IMG/VR virus record: IMGVR_UViG_2703718868_000012
Span: 1-9,571 of that record
Strand: one strand, 5' to 3'
Length of the DNA: 9,571 bases
Source: a virus
Lineage: Duplodnaviria; Heunggongvirae; Uroviricota; Caudoviricetes
Below are positions 1 through 6,612 of the stretch, piece by piece. A program made the position numbers and the translations under genes. Under the pieces are notes generated by a model. That model worked only from the letters and a program-made list of their open reading frames with translations. It made no database searches and had not been told where the DNA came from. Position 1 is the stretch's first letter. Each line of letters begins with the position of its first letter.

Positions 1-1890
1 TCATAGTGAATCTGTCCCGCCTGATTTGACCATACCGCGATAATCCAGAGCTGCCACACCTGCATCAATACGGACTTTCCAGGCCACGCCGTCAACGATA
101 AAACCTTCCTGCTGTTCAAGGTAAGGCTCGTCATTGCCATCAAGATAAGCCACCTCGATTGTGTCCGTTCCCTGTGCGGAAAGCATGTACCATTGTTTTT
201 CGCTGATATCATCAAGGCGGGGATCGACGATGATATCAAGTAGCTTGTGATACGGGTTAAAGATCCCGCTGTTTTTATCAGCCCCGAAAGGTGCGGTTGA
301 GTTAATCATCTGCAACGCGCGATCTTCCAGTGCTGCCGGAACTAAAAGGAATTTAGGCGCAATATTCAGCACTTCGCCATTTTTGTCCTTCTGTGTGCGC
401 ATCAGGTGACGTGCTGCACTAAGTCCCGGTGTTGTCAGTCCTGCTTCAATCAGGTTGCTGTGTTTTTTGTCAAACAGCGCTATTCCGTCAGAAAGTTTTA
501 CGTTGCCTGTAAGCACCAGATTAACCAGATTTCCCACCGTTCTTGATGCTGCACGGCCCATAGCCATTGGCACCGTTGATAACTGATCAAGGTCATCATT
601 GATTATCGCCTGGCGGGTAATACTGAAAATATTCCCGTAAGTAGCCAGCGCGATGGGTTCACCGCGATCGCTGGTGGTGATGTATTTATATTCTGCCCCT
701 TCCGGCACTTTGTTTAACGTTGAGAAGCCATTCATACCAACGCGGCGGGCTTCCCGGAAGTTTGAAAGGGAACCTTTTTTCGTCCACTGGCGGAATGTTT
801 CGCCGCTGTGCTCCCAGCCTGCAAGCACTGATTTTTCAGCGCCACCAGCAAGAATATCGGTAAAATCGCTGCTGCTGTGGGTGAATGCCGCGTTTACTAT
901 CTGCGAGCGTGTGCCGTAGCTGCCCGTGCTTATACCACGATGGGTTAATGATGCCTGTGCCATATCGAAAAGGCTCATCATGGCGTAAGGATTACCGCGT
1001 TCGGCCCGTTCGTGACCAAGACGCGCATTAAGCCCCTGGCGCATTGCATCGCCGGTTATGTTGCCGTTATCCGTGTACGCGTAGTAAAGATTTGCGGGGG
1101 TGGTTTTGTTTGTTGGCGTTGATTCTTTACCCATAGCGAGTAAAAGGCGTTCGCGTGCATTCTCAACGCTACATTCTGAATCAGCAAGACAACTTATAGC
1201 CAGGTCGTTATATCTTCCGTTGAACGTGCCAAACAATTCACGTATCCCGTTGAGTCGTTCCTGTTCTCCGCTGCCAGTTTTCTGGCTGATCATGTTTTTA
1301 ATATTTTCCGGCATATTTGAAAAATCTCCGATTCGTTTTGATTCAATTCGGGCCATTGCTGTAATCGCGGGTATAACCTCATCTGCGAAACCGTTAGCCT
1401 TACACTCATTGCCATCCATCCAGGTTTCCGCCTCCATCATGGCGGTGATTTCCTGTTTACTCCTGCCCGTTCTTCCGGCGTAGGTTTCTGCCATCGTGTC
1501 GCCCAGCTTGTCCATCAGGTCAGCAAAGCGGCGAACGTCGCCCGACACTCCGGCAGTAACACCACGGGGGGCATGTATCATCATCATCGCGTTTTCAGGC
1601 ATAACGATGTGATCGCCACACATGGCAATAAACGAGGCCATAGAAGCCGCCATGCCCTCAATGTGTACAATTTTCTTTGCCGGATGATTTTTCAGGGCGT
1701 TATAGATAGCCAGCCCTTCAAAGATGTCGCCACCAGGTGAATGGATGCGAAGATGGATTTCAGACGCATTACCACACGCGTTGATCTCGTCAGTAAGTGC
1801 CGATGCTTTTACACCGTACCCGCCGATCTCGTCATAAATGCGCACATAGACAACATCTGCCATAGCCTTAATGGAAAACCATGTTTTCAT
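1..1890 (-). CDS. Prohead serine protease (ClpP-like) - scaffold-like linker - HK97-fold major capsid protein, single 629-aa polypeptide
   Basis: ATG at 1890, TGA at 3-1. N-terminal ~170 aa carry ClpP-like motifs GMAASMASF (compare E. coli ClpP GQAASMGAF around the catalytic Ser) and MMMIHAPRG (ClpP MIHQP, catalytic His). Middle ~100 aa are charged and helical. C-terminal ~330 aa look like an HK97-family major capsid protein (...FNPYHKLLDIIVDPRLDD...). Confidence 0.85.
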   Translation of the reverse strand: MKTWFSIKAMADVVYVRIYDEIGGYGVKASALTDEINACGNASEIHLRIHSPGGDIFEGLAIYNALKNHPAKKIVHIEGMAASMASFIAMCGDHIVMPENAMMMIHAPRGVTAGVSGDVRRFADLMDKLGDTMAETYAGRTGRSKQEITAMMEAETWMDGNECKANGFADEVIPAITAMARIESKRIGDFSNMPENIKNMISQKTGSGEQERLNGIRELFGTFNGRYNDLAISCLADSECSVENARERLLLAMGKESTPTNKTTPANLYYAYTDNGNITGDAMRQGLNARLGHERAERGNPYAMMSLFDMAQASLTHRGISTGSYGTRSQIVNAAFTHSSSDFTDILAGGAEKSVLAGWEHSGETFRQWTKKGSLSNFREARRVGMNGFSTLNKVPEGAEYKYITTSDRGEPIALATYGNIFSITRQAIINDDLDQLSTVPMAMGRAASRTVGNLVNLVLTGNVKLSDGIALFDKKHSNLIEAGLTTPGLSAARHLMRTQKDKNGEVLNIAPKFLLVPAALEDRALQMINSTAPFGADKNSGIFNPYHKLLDIIVDPRLDDISEKQWYMLSAQGTDTIEVAYLDGNDEPYLEQQEGFIVDGVAWKVRIDAGVAALDYRGMVKSGGTDSL

Positions 1891-2081
1891 AGCCAGGCCC
1901 CTAACGTTGCCCTGTACCAGTATTCAACCGCGCTGCGTGTGATTTGTCCTTTCGTGGGTACTGGCATACCCGGGTGATTATCTTTGATGAACTGCTGATA
2001 GCGTTCGATCTTCTCCATAGTTCCGGCGTCTATGTGTACCGTGGCACTTTTATCCGGCTTTCTGGTGTTGTTCTCTGGCAT
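1887..2081 (-). CDS. Hypothetical 64-aa protein, first gene of the capsid operon
   Basis: Strong SD AAGGAGGTGG (plus 2087-2096) ~5 nt before the ATG at 2081. Stop overlaps the capsid ATG as ATGA (1887-1890). The track ORF begins 11 codons further upstream without an RBS. No recognisable motif. Confidence 0.5.
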   Translation of the reverse strand: MPENNTRKPDKSATVHIDAGTMEKIERYQQFIKDNHPGMPVPTKGQITRSAVEYWYRATLGAWL

Positions 2082-2157
2082 AAATCCACCTCCTTTTTGG
2101 TTAACGGGCATCATTATTGATCGATAAAAGTAATAGATAAATCATTTTCTACCTGAA

Positions 2158-2191
2158 AATCAGATTATGATTTTTCTGATTATTCTCACAA
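2158..2191 (-). promoter_or_regulatory. Candidate sigma70-type promoter for the capsid operon with overlapping 7-bp inverted repeat
   Basis: On the minus strand: -35 TTGTGA (plus 2186-2191), 16-nt spacer, -10 CATAAT (plus 2164-2169), about 80 nt upstream of the ATG at 2081. Inverted repeat AATCAGA (2158-2164) / TCTGATT (2175-2181) overlaps the -10. Confidence 0.3.
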
Positions 2192-2276
2192 AGGCAAAGT
2201 TATTGACGCATTTTTGCCATTGAAGCAGTATTAAGACTCGTCATCCTGGCGATAAAAACTCCTTTGTCGTGTAAAA

Positions 2277-2311
2277 GCGCCTCCGGTAACAGCAATCGGG
2301 GGCGCTTTTTT
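2277..2311 (+). terminator. Rho-independent terminator-like hairpin plus T-tract
   Basis: Stem GCGCCTCC (2277-2284) pairs with GGGGGCGC (2298-2305) with one G-U pair; 13-nt loop; followed by TTTTTT (2306-2311). The reverse complement has a weaker U-tract, so it may act partly in both directions. Confidence 0.45.
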
Positions 2312-2508
2312 GCGCCTGTTTTTTGTAAATGTTTTCGGGAACGTTCCGGTGATGAACAAAAAACAACCTGATTCGATACTAAAAATTTTTATTTCTCAAC
2401 ATATCAATAGCTTATAGTGGTGGTGATGGTGCCATAAAAATCAAAAAATGCGCCTTTTTCCGCGCCCCTCCGCCCCGTGTTCAGGCCCACCCCGCCAGGA
2501 GGACCCGT

Positions 2509-2532
2509 AAAAAAGCCGGATTGCTCCGGCTT
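2509..2532 (-). terminator. Rho-independent terminator downstream of the ssb-like gene
   Basis: Hairpin AAGCCGG (2513-2519) / CCGGCTT (2526-2532), loop ATTGCT. On the minus strand it is followed by a U-tract (plus-strand A6 at 2509-2514). Lies ~15 nt past the stop at 2547-2549. Confidence 0.6.
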
Positions 2533-2546
2533 CTGTCACTCGTCGC

Positions 2547-2969
2547 TTAAAACGGTATGTTATCCCCGTACGGATCATCATTCCCCGCCTGTTGTTTTGC
2601 CCTGTTCAGCGCGTCAGTAGCCTGGCCCTGTTGACCTTTTTTGCCGCCCAGTCGCGCCGTTCGCGCACTGATTACACTGTCTGCGATAACCTGCCAGCCC
2701 TGCCGCGTTTCTCCGTTCTGCCCAGTCCACTGGCTGATCTGCATGTTACCCGCCACGCTCAGGAGTTCACCCTTGCGGTGCCTTTCCAGTGCTTCGGCCT
2801 GTCTGCCAAATGCCAGGACGGATAACCACATCGTCGCCGTTCCGTCATCTGCCTGGCTGCACGGAAGGGGGACCGCCATACGCGCCAGCGTCATCGGTGT
2901 GCCCTTGCTGGTCTGTTTTACCTGCGGGTCGTCCACCAGCCGCCCGTAAGCGGCTATCTGTGCTGTCAT
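2547..2969 (-). CDS. ssb: Single-stranded DNA-binding protein (SSB-like, OB fold with acidic ...IPF tail)
   Basis: 140 aa. N-terminal region aligns by eye with E. coli SSB (GRL..DP.V...W..V..FG..AE....KG....V.G......W....G..R). Gly/Gln-rich linker. C-terminus DDPYGDNIPF resembles the conserved SSB tail DDDIPF. ATG at 2969 overlaps the upstream stop as ATGA. Confidence 0.8.
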   Translation of the reverse strand: MTAQIAAYGRLVDDPQVKQTSKGTPMTLARMAVPLPCSQADDGTATMWLSVLAFGRQAEALERHRKGELLSVAGNMQISQWTGQNGETRQGWQVIADSVISARTARLGGKKGQQGQATDALNRAKQQAGNDDPYGDNIPF

Positions 2970-3223
2970 GATTCCACCTCTCCGGTTTTAACGTTGATTG
3001 TTGTTACCTGTTCCGCTTCGGCAATCTCCCGCTCTGTCAGCGTGGCAAAATTTGCCGCCGTCGTGGTCATGAATGCGCTTATCAGTTCGGGATGTGCTTT
3101 CGCGTATCCTTCCCCCGTGTTGCGGTCGATGATTTTTATCGCCACTCTCAGCCAGTGCTCTGTAAGGTCAATGGCGCGGTTATGCTGCTTCTTCTGATTA
3201 TTAAGTTTTCCTGATGTGCGCAT
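2966..3223 (-). CDS. Hypothetical 85-aa protein between the origin and ssb
   Basis: ATG at 3223 with a G-rich SD-like stretch (GAGGGGG) ~13 nt upstream; 4-nt ATGA overlap with ssb. No recognisable motif. Confidence 0.5.
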   Translation of the reverse strand: MRTSGKLNNQKKQHNRAIDLTEHWLRVAIKIIDRNTGEGYAKAHPELISAFMTTTAANFATLTEREIAEAEQVTTINVKTGEVES

Positions 3224-3271
3224 TTTTATTTTTACCCCCTCGTTTAAAAAGTTTTGAGTTGTGCCTCCCCT

Positions 3272-3498
3272 TGTCTACCTTATCTACCTTACTGGCCACC
3301 ATGCCAGTAATGGCGCGGCTTTCAGTGGGGTAGAGTGCTTTTATCCACTATCTACCCCGTATCTACCTCCCTGTCTGATTCAGGTAAAATCAGGTAGAGA
3401 GGGTAGATAGTAGGTAGACAGTAAAAAAAGGCTGTCTACCCAAGTTAATGTACTGAATTAAATGTATTTTTCTTTACTCAGGTAGACAGGGTAGACAG
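3272..3498. repeat. Iteron array, putative replication origin
   Basis: Eleven copies of the core GGTAGA / TCTACC. Plus-orientation TCTACC at 3274, 3283, 3351, 3362, 3435; reverse GGTAGA at 3329, 3393, 3402, 3413, 3481, 3490. Includes tandem GGTAGACAG x2 (3481-3498) and a 9-bp inverted pair GGTAGACAG (3413-3421) / CTGTCTACC (3432-3440). AT-rich stretch 3441-3480. Sits immediately 3' of the primase gene. Confidence 0.7.
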
Positions 3499-3511
3499 CC
3501 ATTGCAACAAA

Positions 3512-5266
3512 TTATAAAAACGCGTCGCAATCGTCTGTTGTTATTGCGTTAGTCTGCGTTACTCCTTTAACTTTCCGCGTAATATATTCATGTCCGTAAA
3601 CTTTCGCGGCTGGCTTCATAGCCTTGCCAAAGTCATTTACGTTTAGCGGTTTGCTCCTGCCTGCGTACGCCATAAACGCCAGATAGACGCGGTAAAGGCT
3701 GTTTCTGGTCGTGTACTTCACTGAATCGCCACCGCCGCCCATCATCAGGCCGCGTGCTTCCTCCAGAAAATTCAGGAACTGGCAAAACTCAATAACCGGA
3801 TCCGTCTGTTGCTTTATTGCCAGTGCTTCATCACCGTCACGCTGTTCCAGTAGTAAAGCCCGTGCCTTCTCAGGGTCGGTAAAGTTCGCCAGCAATCGGC
3901 GGATAATGACAGGGATTTCAGCCGCAATCTTTTCCGGTAGCTCCCTGTCTTTTTCGGCCTCACTGACGATATTGTCGAAACGGAAAATCACGCGACGACG
4001 TGCCACACCTCCGGCCCGTTCGGTGAATATCATCGGGTTATTGTTGGTCGCCAGCACCACCGCCCTGATTACAGCCGTGAAACGCTTTTCGTATTTCGGG
4101 TTAATTTCCACGGGGTCACCGCCCGTGATTTTCTTGATGCCCGTTCCTTCGCCTGTATATTTCGGCTGGTCAGCCAGGACGATAAGGCGACTCCCGACAA
4201 CCTGCGCACGTCCACCAGCATCATCAAGCGATGTCATTTCAGCGCTTACCGTGTTCTGTTTCCCTGCCAGAAGGCTGGCTATGTGTGTGAATGTACTTTT
4301 ACCGCTCCCGCCGTCTCCGGTGGCCTCAATAAACATCTGCCAGTCGTACCGGTTCGCCATAATCATGTACAGCGCGGCACATATCCGCATCATCTTGCGC
4401 GGGTCTTTTCCGGCTGCGTGCTCAAGCCATTTATGAAAGTTTGGCGCGTTATCGCGGATGTTCTCCCCTGGTGCTGGTGGCGTGTACTCAATACTGTTGT
4501 GCGTGGTGATCCAGTTCTCCGGCGTGTGCGGGGAAAATTCCCCCGTTTTCAGGTCAAGCGCACCATTGGCAAACGGCAGCAAATCGCCGGACGGCTCGCC
4601 CATTGGTTCGGCAATAACTTTTAACGCTTCCACGGCGTTATTGATTACGCGCTTGCTGAAAGTGGCCCTGTGCTCTGAATAGATCGCCACCATTTCGCGG
4701 CTAAGTTCCATTGTGCTGACCGGACACCATACCCCGCCGCGCCATACGTGAACGATTTCACTTTCAGGATGCACGCAAACGCCATCAAATCGTCCGGCAA
4801 GAAGTTGAGCGCGCTCACTGTCCGCCATCTGCGAAAGTTGCGCCTTTTGCTTTACAGGAAGCTCAATAACCAGCCCATCAGAAAGATTCTGGCGCTCACT
4901 GGCCAGATATTCGCGCCAGTTCTCCACCTTCTGACCGTGCATACCATCAGGGTAAAAATTTGCATCCTGTACGCCTGCCGCCGCCAGCTTCTGACCAATC
5001 GCCTTTATCATTACTGGCGCAAGATATCCGGCCCTGAATATGCGCACGGATTTTCTGCCTTCCGGCACAATTTGCAGCTTATCCAGTTCTGATAACTGCT
5101 GCTCCCCAAGCCACACAGGAGGCTCATTATCTCCGGCCATACGCGCGTCATGTTCCTGCCATTGTTTCGCGTGTGACCAGGCATCACTACCCGCAAAAAT
5201 AATGACTTCTGTTTCTTTGTGTTTTATGCCGCGTGGCTGCTGTTTTACGTTCGGTGCCAGTTTCAT
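3512..5266 (-). CDS. Phage/plasmid primase, P4 family (primase-helicase, D5-like NTPase)
   Basis: 584 aa. Walker A GDGGSGKST seen directly; a Walker B-like hydrophobic stretch ...LIVLAD... follows. Overall resemblance to the P4-alpha C-terminal / D5-type replicative primase-helicases of satellites. ATG at 5266 overlaps the upstream stop as ATGA; SD AGGGG ~8 nt upstream. Confidence 0.85.
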   Translation of the reverse strand: MKLAPNVKQQPRGIKHKETEVIIFAGSDAWSHAKQWQEHDARMAGDNEPPVWLGEQQLSELDKLQIVPEGRKSVRIFRAGYLAPVMIKAIGQKLAAAGVQDANFYPDGMHGQKVENWREYLASERQNLSDGLVIELPVKQKAQLSQMADSERAQLLAGRFDGVCVHPESEIVHVWRGGVWCPVSTMELSREMVAIYSEHRATFSKRVINNAVEALKVIAEPMGEPSGDLLPFANGALDLKTGEFSPHTPENWITTHNSIEYTPPAPGENIRDNAPNFHKWLEHAAGKDPRKMMRICAALYMIMANRYDWQMFIEATGDGGSGKSTFTHIASLLAGKQNTVSAEMTSLDDAGGRAQVVGSRLIVLADQPKYTGEGTGIKKITGGDPVEINPKYEKRFTAVIRAVVLATNNNPMIFTERAGGVARRRVIFRFDNIVSEAEKDRELPEKIAAEIPVIIRRLLANFTDPEKARALLLEQRDGDEALAIKQQTDPVIEFCQFLNFLEEARGLMMGGGGDSVKYTTRNSLYRVYLAFMAYAGRSKPLNVNDFGKAMKPAAKVYGHEYITRKVKGVTQTNAITTDDCDAFL

Positions 5267-5562
5267 TTTTTGCCCCTGAATCCGTTAATCATGTTTTTCA
5301 TCTTCTGAATATTGGCGCGTGCTTTCTCCCTGCTGGTGGGCACGTTACGCGGTACGGCCTGCACAAGAGAAAAATCACGCCGGAACTGATAAACAGGCAT
5401 CACGCAATCATATTCGTAACCTTCACGGCGGTAAGTTACGCACCGTCCCGCCACGCCCTTAATCATTACCGTGCCGCCGTACTGGTCGCGGTAAATATCA
5501 CCGCGCGTAAATTTAGGGTGAGTGTTGCCACTGGCAGTTAAGCCAGAATATTTAAATTTCAT
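5263..5562 (-). CDS. Hypothetical 99-aa protein, translationally coupled to the primase
   Basis: ATG at 5562, 5 nt after the upstream TAA; stop overlaps the primase ATG. Basic protein, no motif recognised. Confidence 0.5.
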   Translation of the reverse strand: MKFKYSGLTASGNTHPKFTRGDIYRDQYGGTVMIKGVAGRCVTYRREGYEYDCVMPVYQFRRDFSLVQAVPRNVPTSREKARANIQKMKNMINGFRGKK

Positions 5563-5567
5563 TATTT

Positions 5568-5801
5568 TTATTCTCCGGTGTGCTGTTCGTTATATCTGTC
5601 GTGCAATTGGTCTATTTCTTGCAGTTCCATTATTACAGGCTCAAGAAGCGTTATTAATGCCGTGGCAATTCTTGATTTTTGTTTGTCGCGTTCATTGTCG
5701 CCAAGTGTTTCAAGCCATATGCGCAATATTTCCAGCATGTTTTCACTGTGAGAAAGTGCAAGAAATGCGCGGTATATTGTTTCAAGATAAATATCACGCA
5801 T
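5568..5801 (-). CDS. Hypothetical 77-aa protein
   Basis: ATG at 5801 with a G-rich SD-like stretch (GGGGA) ~6 nt upstream; start sits 1 nt after the upstream stop (TAATATG). Predicted helical, acidic. Confidence 0.5.
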   Translation of the reverse strand: MRDIYLETIYRAFLALSHSENMLEILRIWLETLGDNERDKQKSRIATALITLLEPVIMELQEIDQLHDRYNEQHTGE

Positions 5802-5802
5802 A

Positions 5803-6024
5803 TTAATCCCCGTCCGTTGTTTTTCTTAAAACAGCTTCTGTCACGAAATCGGCATAGTTAGCGGCAATATCAAGAATATTTAGCCCTGTATCTCTGTGCT
5901 CATCAGTGCAAAGAAAGAAAAAAGCCACCCGCATAATTTCAGATATTAACGAAAGCGCATCAACCGCATCATCAGGAACGCCGGAAAATTCTTGTTTCAG
6001 GGAATTAAAACGATCATCACGCAT
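5803..6024 (-). CDS. Hypothetical 73-aa protein (start chosen at the internal ATG after the G8 tract)
   Basis: ATG at 6024 lies 2 nt after a G8 run that can act as SD, and overlaps the upstream gene's stop by 8 nt. The track start at 6072 would overlap the upstream gene by 56 nt with no RBS. Confidence 0.45.
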   Translation of the reverse strand: MRDDRFNSLKQEFSGVPDDAVDALSLISEIMRVAFFFLCTDEHRDTGLNILDIAANYADFVTEAVLRKTTDGD

Positions 6025-6238
6025 AACCCCCCCCATTTTCACAATCAGCAACAAGAATATTTTTAGCGTCATTCAGTGACCGCGTTGCGGTGTATCGGAT
6101 ACATTCCAGGGCGAATAGTGTGTATTCTTCCCGTCCTTCCTTTTGTGCAAGCTCTGCTGTGCATTCAATATCAATAAGCGCGTGCATCAGCGTAGTGAGT
6201 GCGGCAGCTGCTGCGTCCGGTGTGGTTTTATTGTGCAT
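6017..6238 (-). CDS. Hypothetical 73-aa protein
   Basis: ATG at 6238 preceded by AGGGGGA ~6 nt upstream. The track start at 6277 is a TTG without RBS support. The last codons (...ENGGGYA) run through the G8 tract. Confidence 0.45.
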   Translation of the reverse strand: MHNKTTPDAAAAALTTLMHALIDIECTAELAQKEGREEYTLFALECIRYTATRSLNDAKNILVADCENGGGYA

Positions 6239-6428
6239 AGGTTTCCCCCTGGCGAATACGGGCGGCGAATACCGCAATACAACCGGACGGGCAACGGCTA
6301 CGCGCTTCGCGTTCCGTCCAGGCGGTTACGTGGATGATTTGAGATTCTCCGGCACTCAGTGCCAGAAAACGCCACACAAAGGCCGTTTGTGTGTGTGCTA
6401 GTCGTGGGGTATGATTTACGGCAACCAT
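6228..6428 (-). CDS. Hypothetical 66-aa protein, first ORF of the small-ORF/primase operon
   Basis: ATG at 6428 with SD GAGAGGT ~6 nt upstream; ends 11 nt inside the next ORF in another frame. No motif recognised. Confidence 0.4.
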   Translation of the reverse strand: MVAVNHTPRLAHTQTAFVWRFLALSAGESQIIHVTAWTEREARSRCPSGCIAVFAARIRQGETYAQ

Positions 6429-6502
6429 AAATTTACCTCTCTATAGTGTTTGTGGTTAGACGCCCTGCATGTGTTCCAGCACTGTGGGGCGTTGTTTTTT
6501 GG

Positions 6503-6575
6503 TGCAAGTCACCTTGAAATCTAGGTTACTTTTAGGTGACTTGCACTTCAAGTCTTTTTTTATTTTTTTTTCTCC
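6503..6575. promoter_or_regulatory. Divergent control region: 12-bp perfect inverted repeat (operator-like) followed by a hairpin and long T-tract
   Basis: TGCAAGTCACCT (6503-6514) and AGGTGACTTGCA (6534-6545) are exact reverse complements, 19-bp spacer. Second hairpin GACTTG (6538-6543) / CAAGTC (6549-6554) is followed by T7-A-T9 (6555-6571). Lies between the divergent starts at 6428 (minus) and 6613 (plus). Confidence 0.45.
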
Positions 6576-6612
6576 GTATACTGAACACCACCTAACAGTA
6601 AGGAGAACAGAG

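Noticed and set aside
653-1977. Plus-strand ORFs of 88, 127 and 78 aa
   Set aside because: Antisense within the protease-capsid gene, with no RBS and no protein-like composition.
2592-2971. Plus-strand ORFs of 77, 102 and 60 aa
   Set aside because: Antisense to the ssb-like gene; Cys/Pro/Arg-rich shadow frames.
3272-3498. Possibility that the repeat cluster is a CRISPR array
   Set aside because: Repeat units are only 6-9 bp, occur in both orientations with irregular spacing and no spacer-sized unique segments; this fits iterons, not CRISPR.
3711-5092. Several plus-strand ORFs (241, 113, 74 and 114 aa)
   Set aside because: All lie antisense within the primase gene, are Ser/Arg/Pro-rich and lack RBSs; shadow ORFs.
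6024-6277. Track starts at TTG 6277 and at 6072 giving 86- and 89-aa versions of two small ORFs
   Set aside because: No RBS at either; internal ATGs at 6238 and 6024 are each preceded by G-rich SD-like sequence and avoid long overlaps. The G8-tract fusion alternative is reported separately.
6469-6612. Longer 107-aa version of the plus-strand ORF starting at ATG 6469
   Set aside because: The extension would translate the palindrome and the poly-T run (…FFIFF…), and the internal ATG at 6613 has a canonical AAGGAG SD at ideal spacing.
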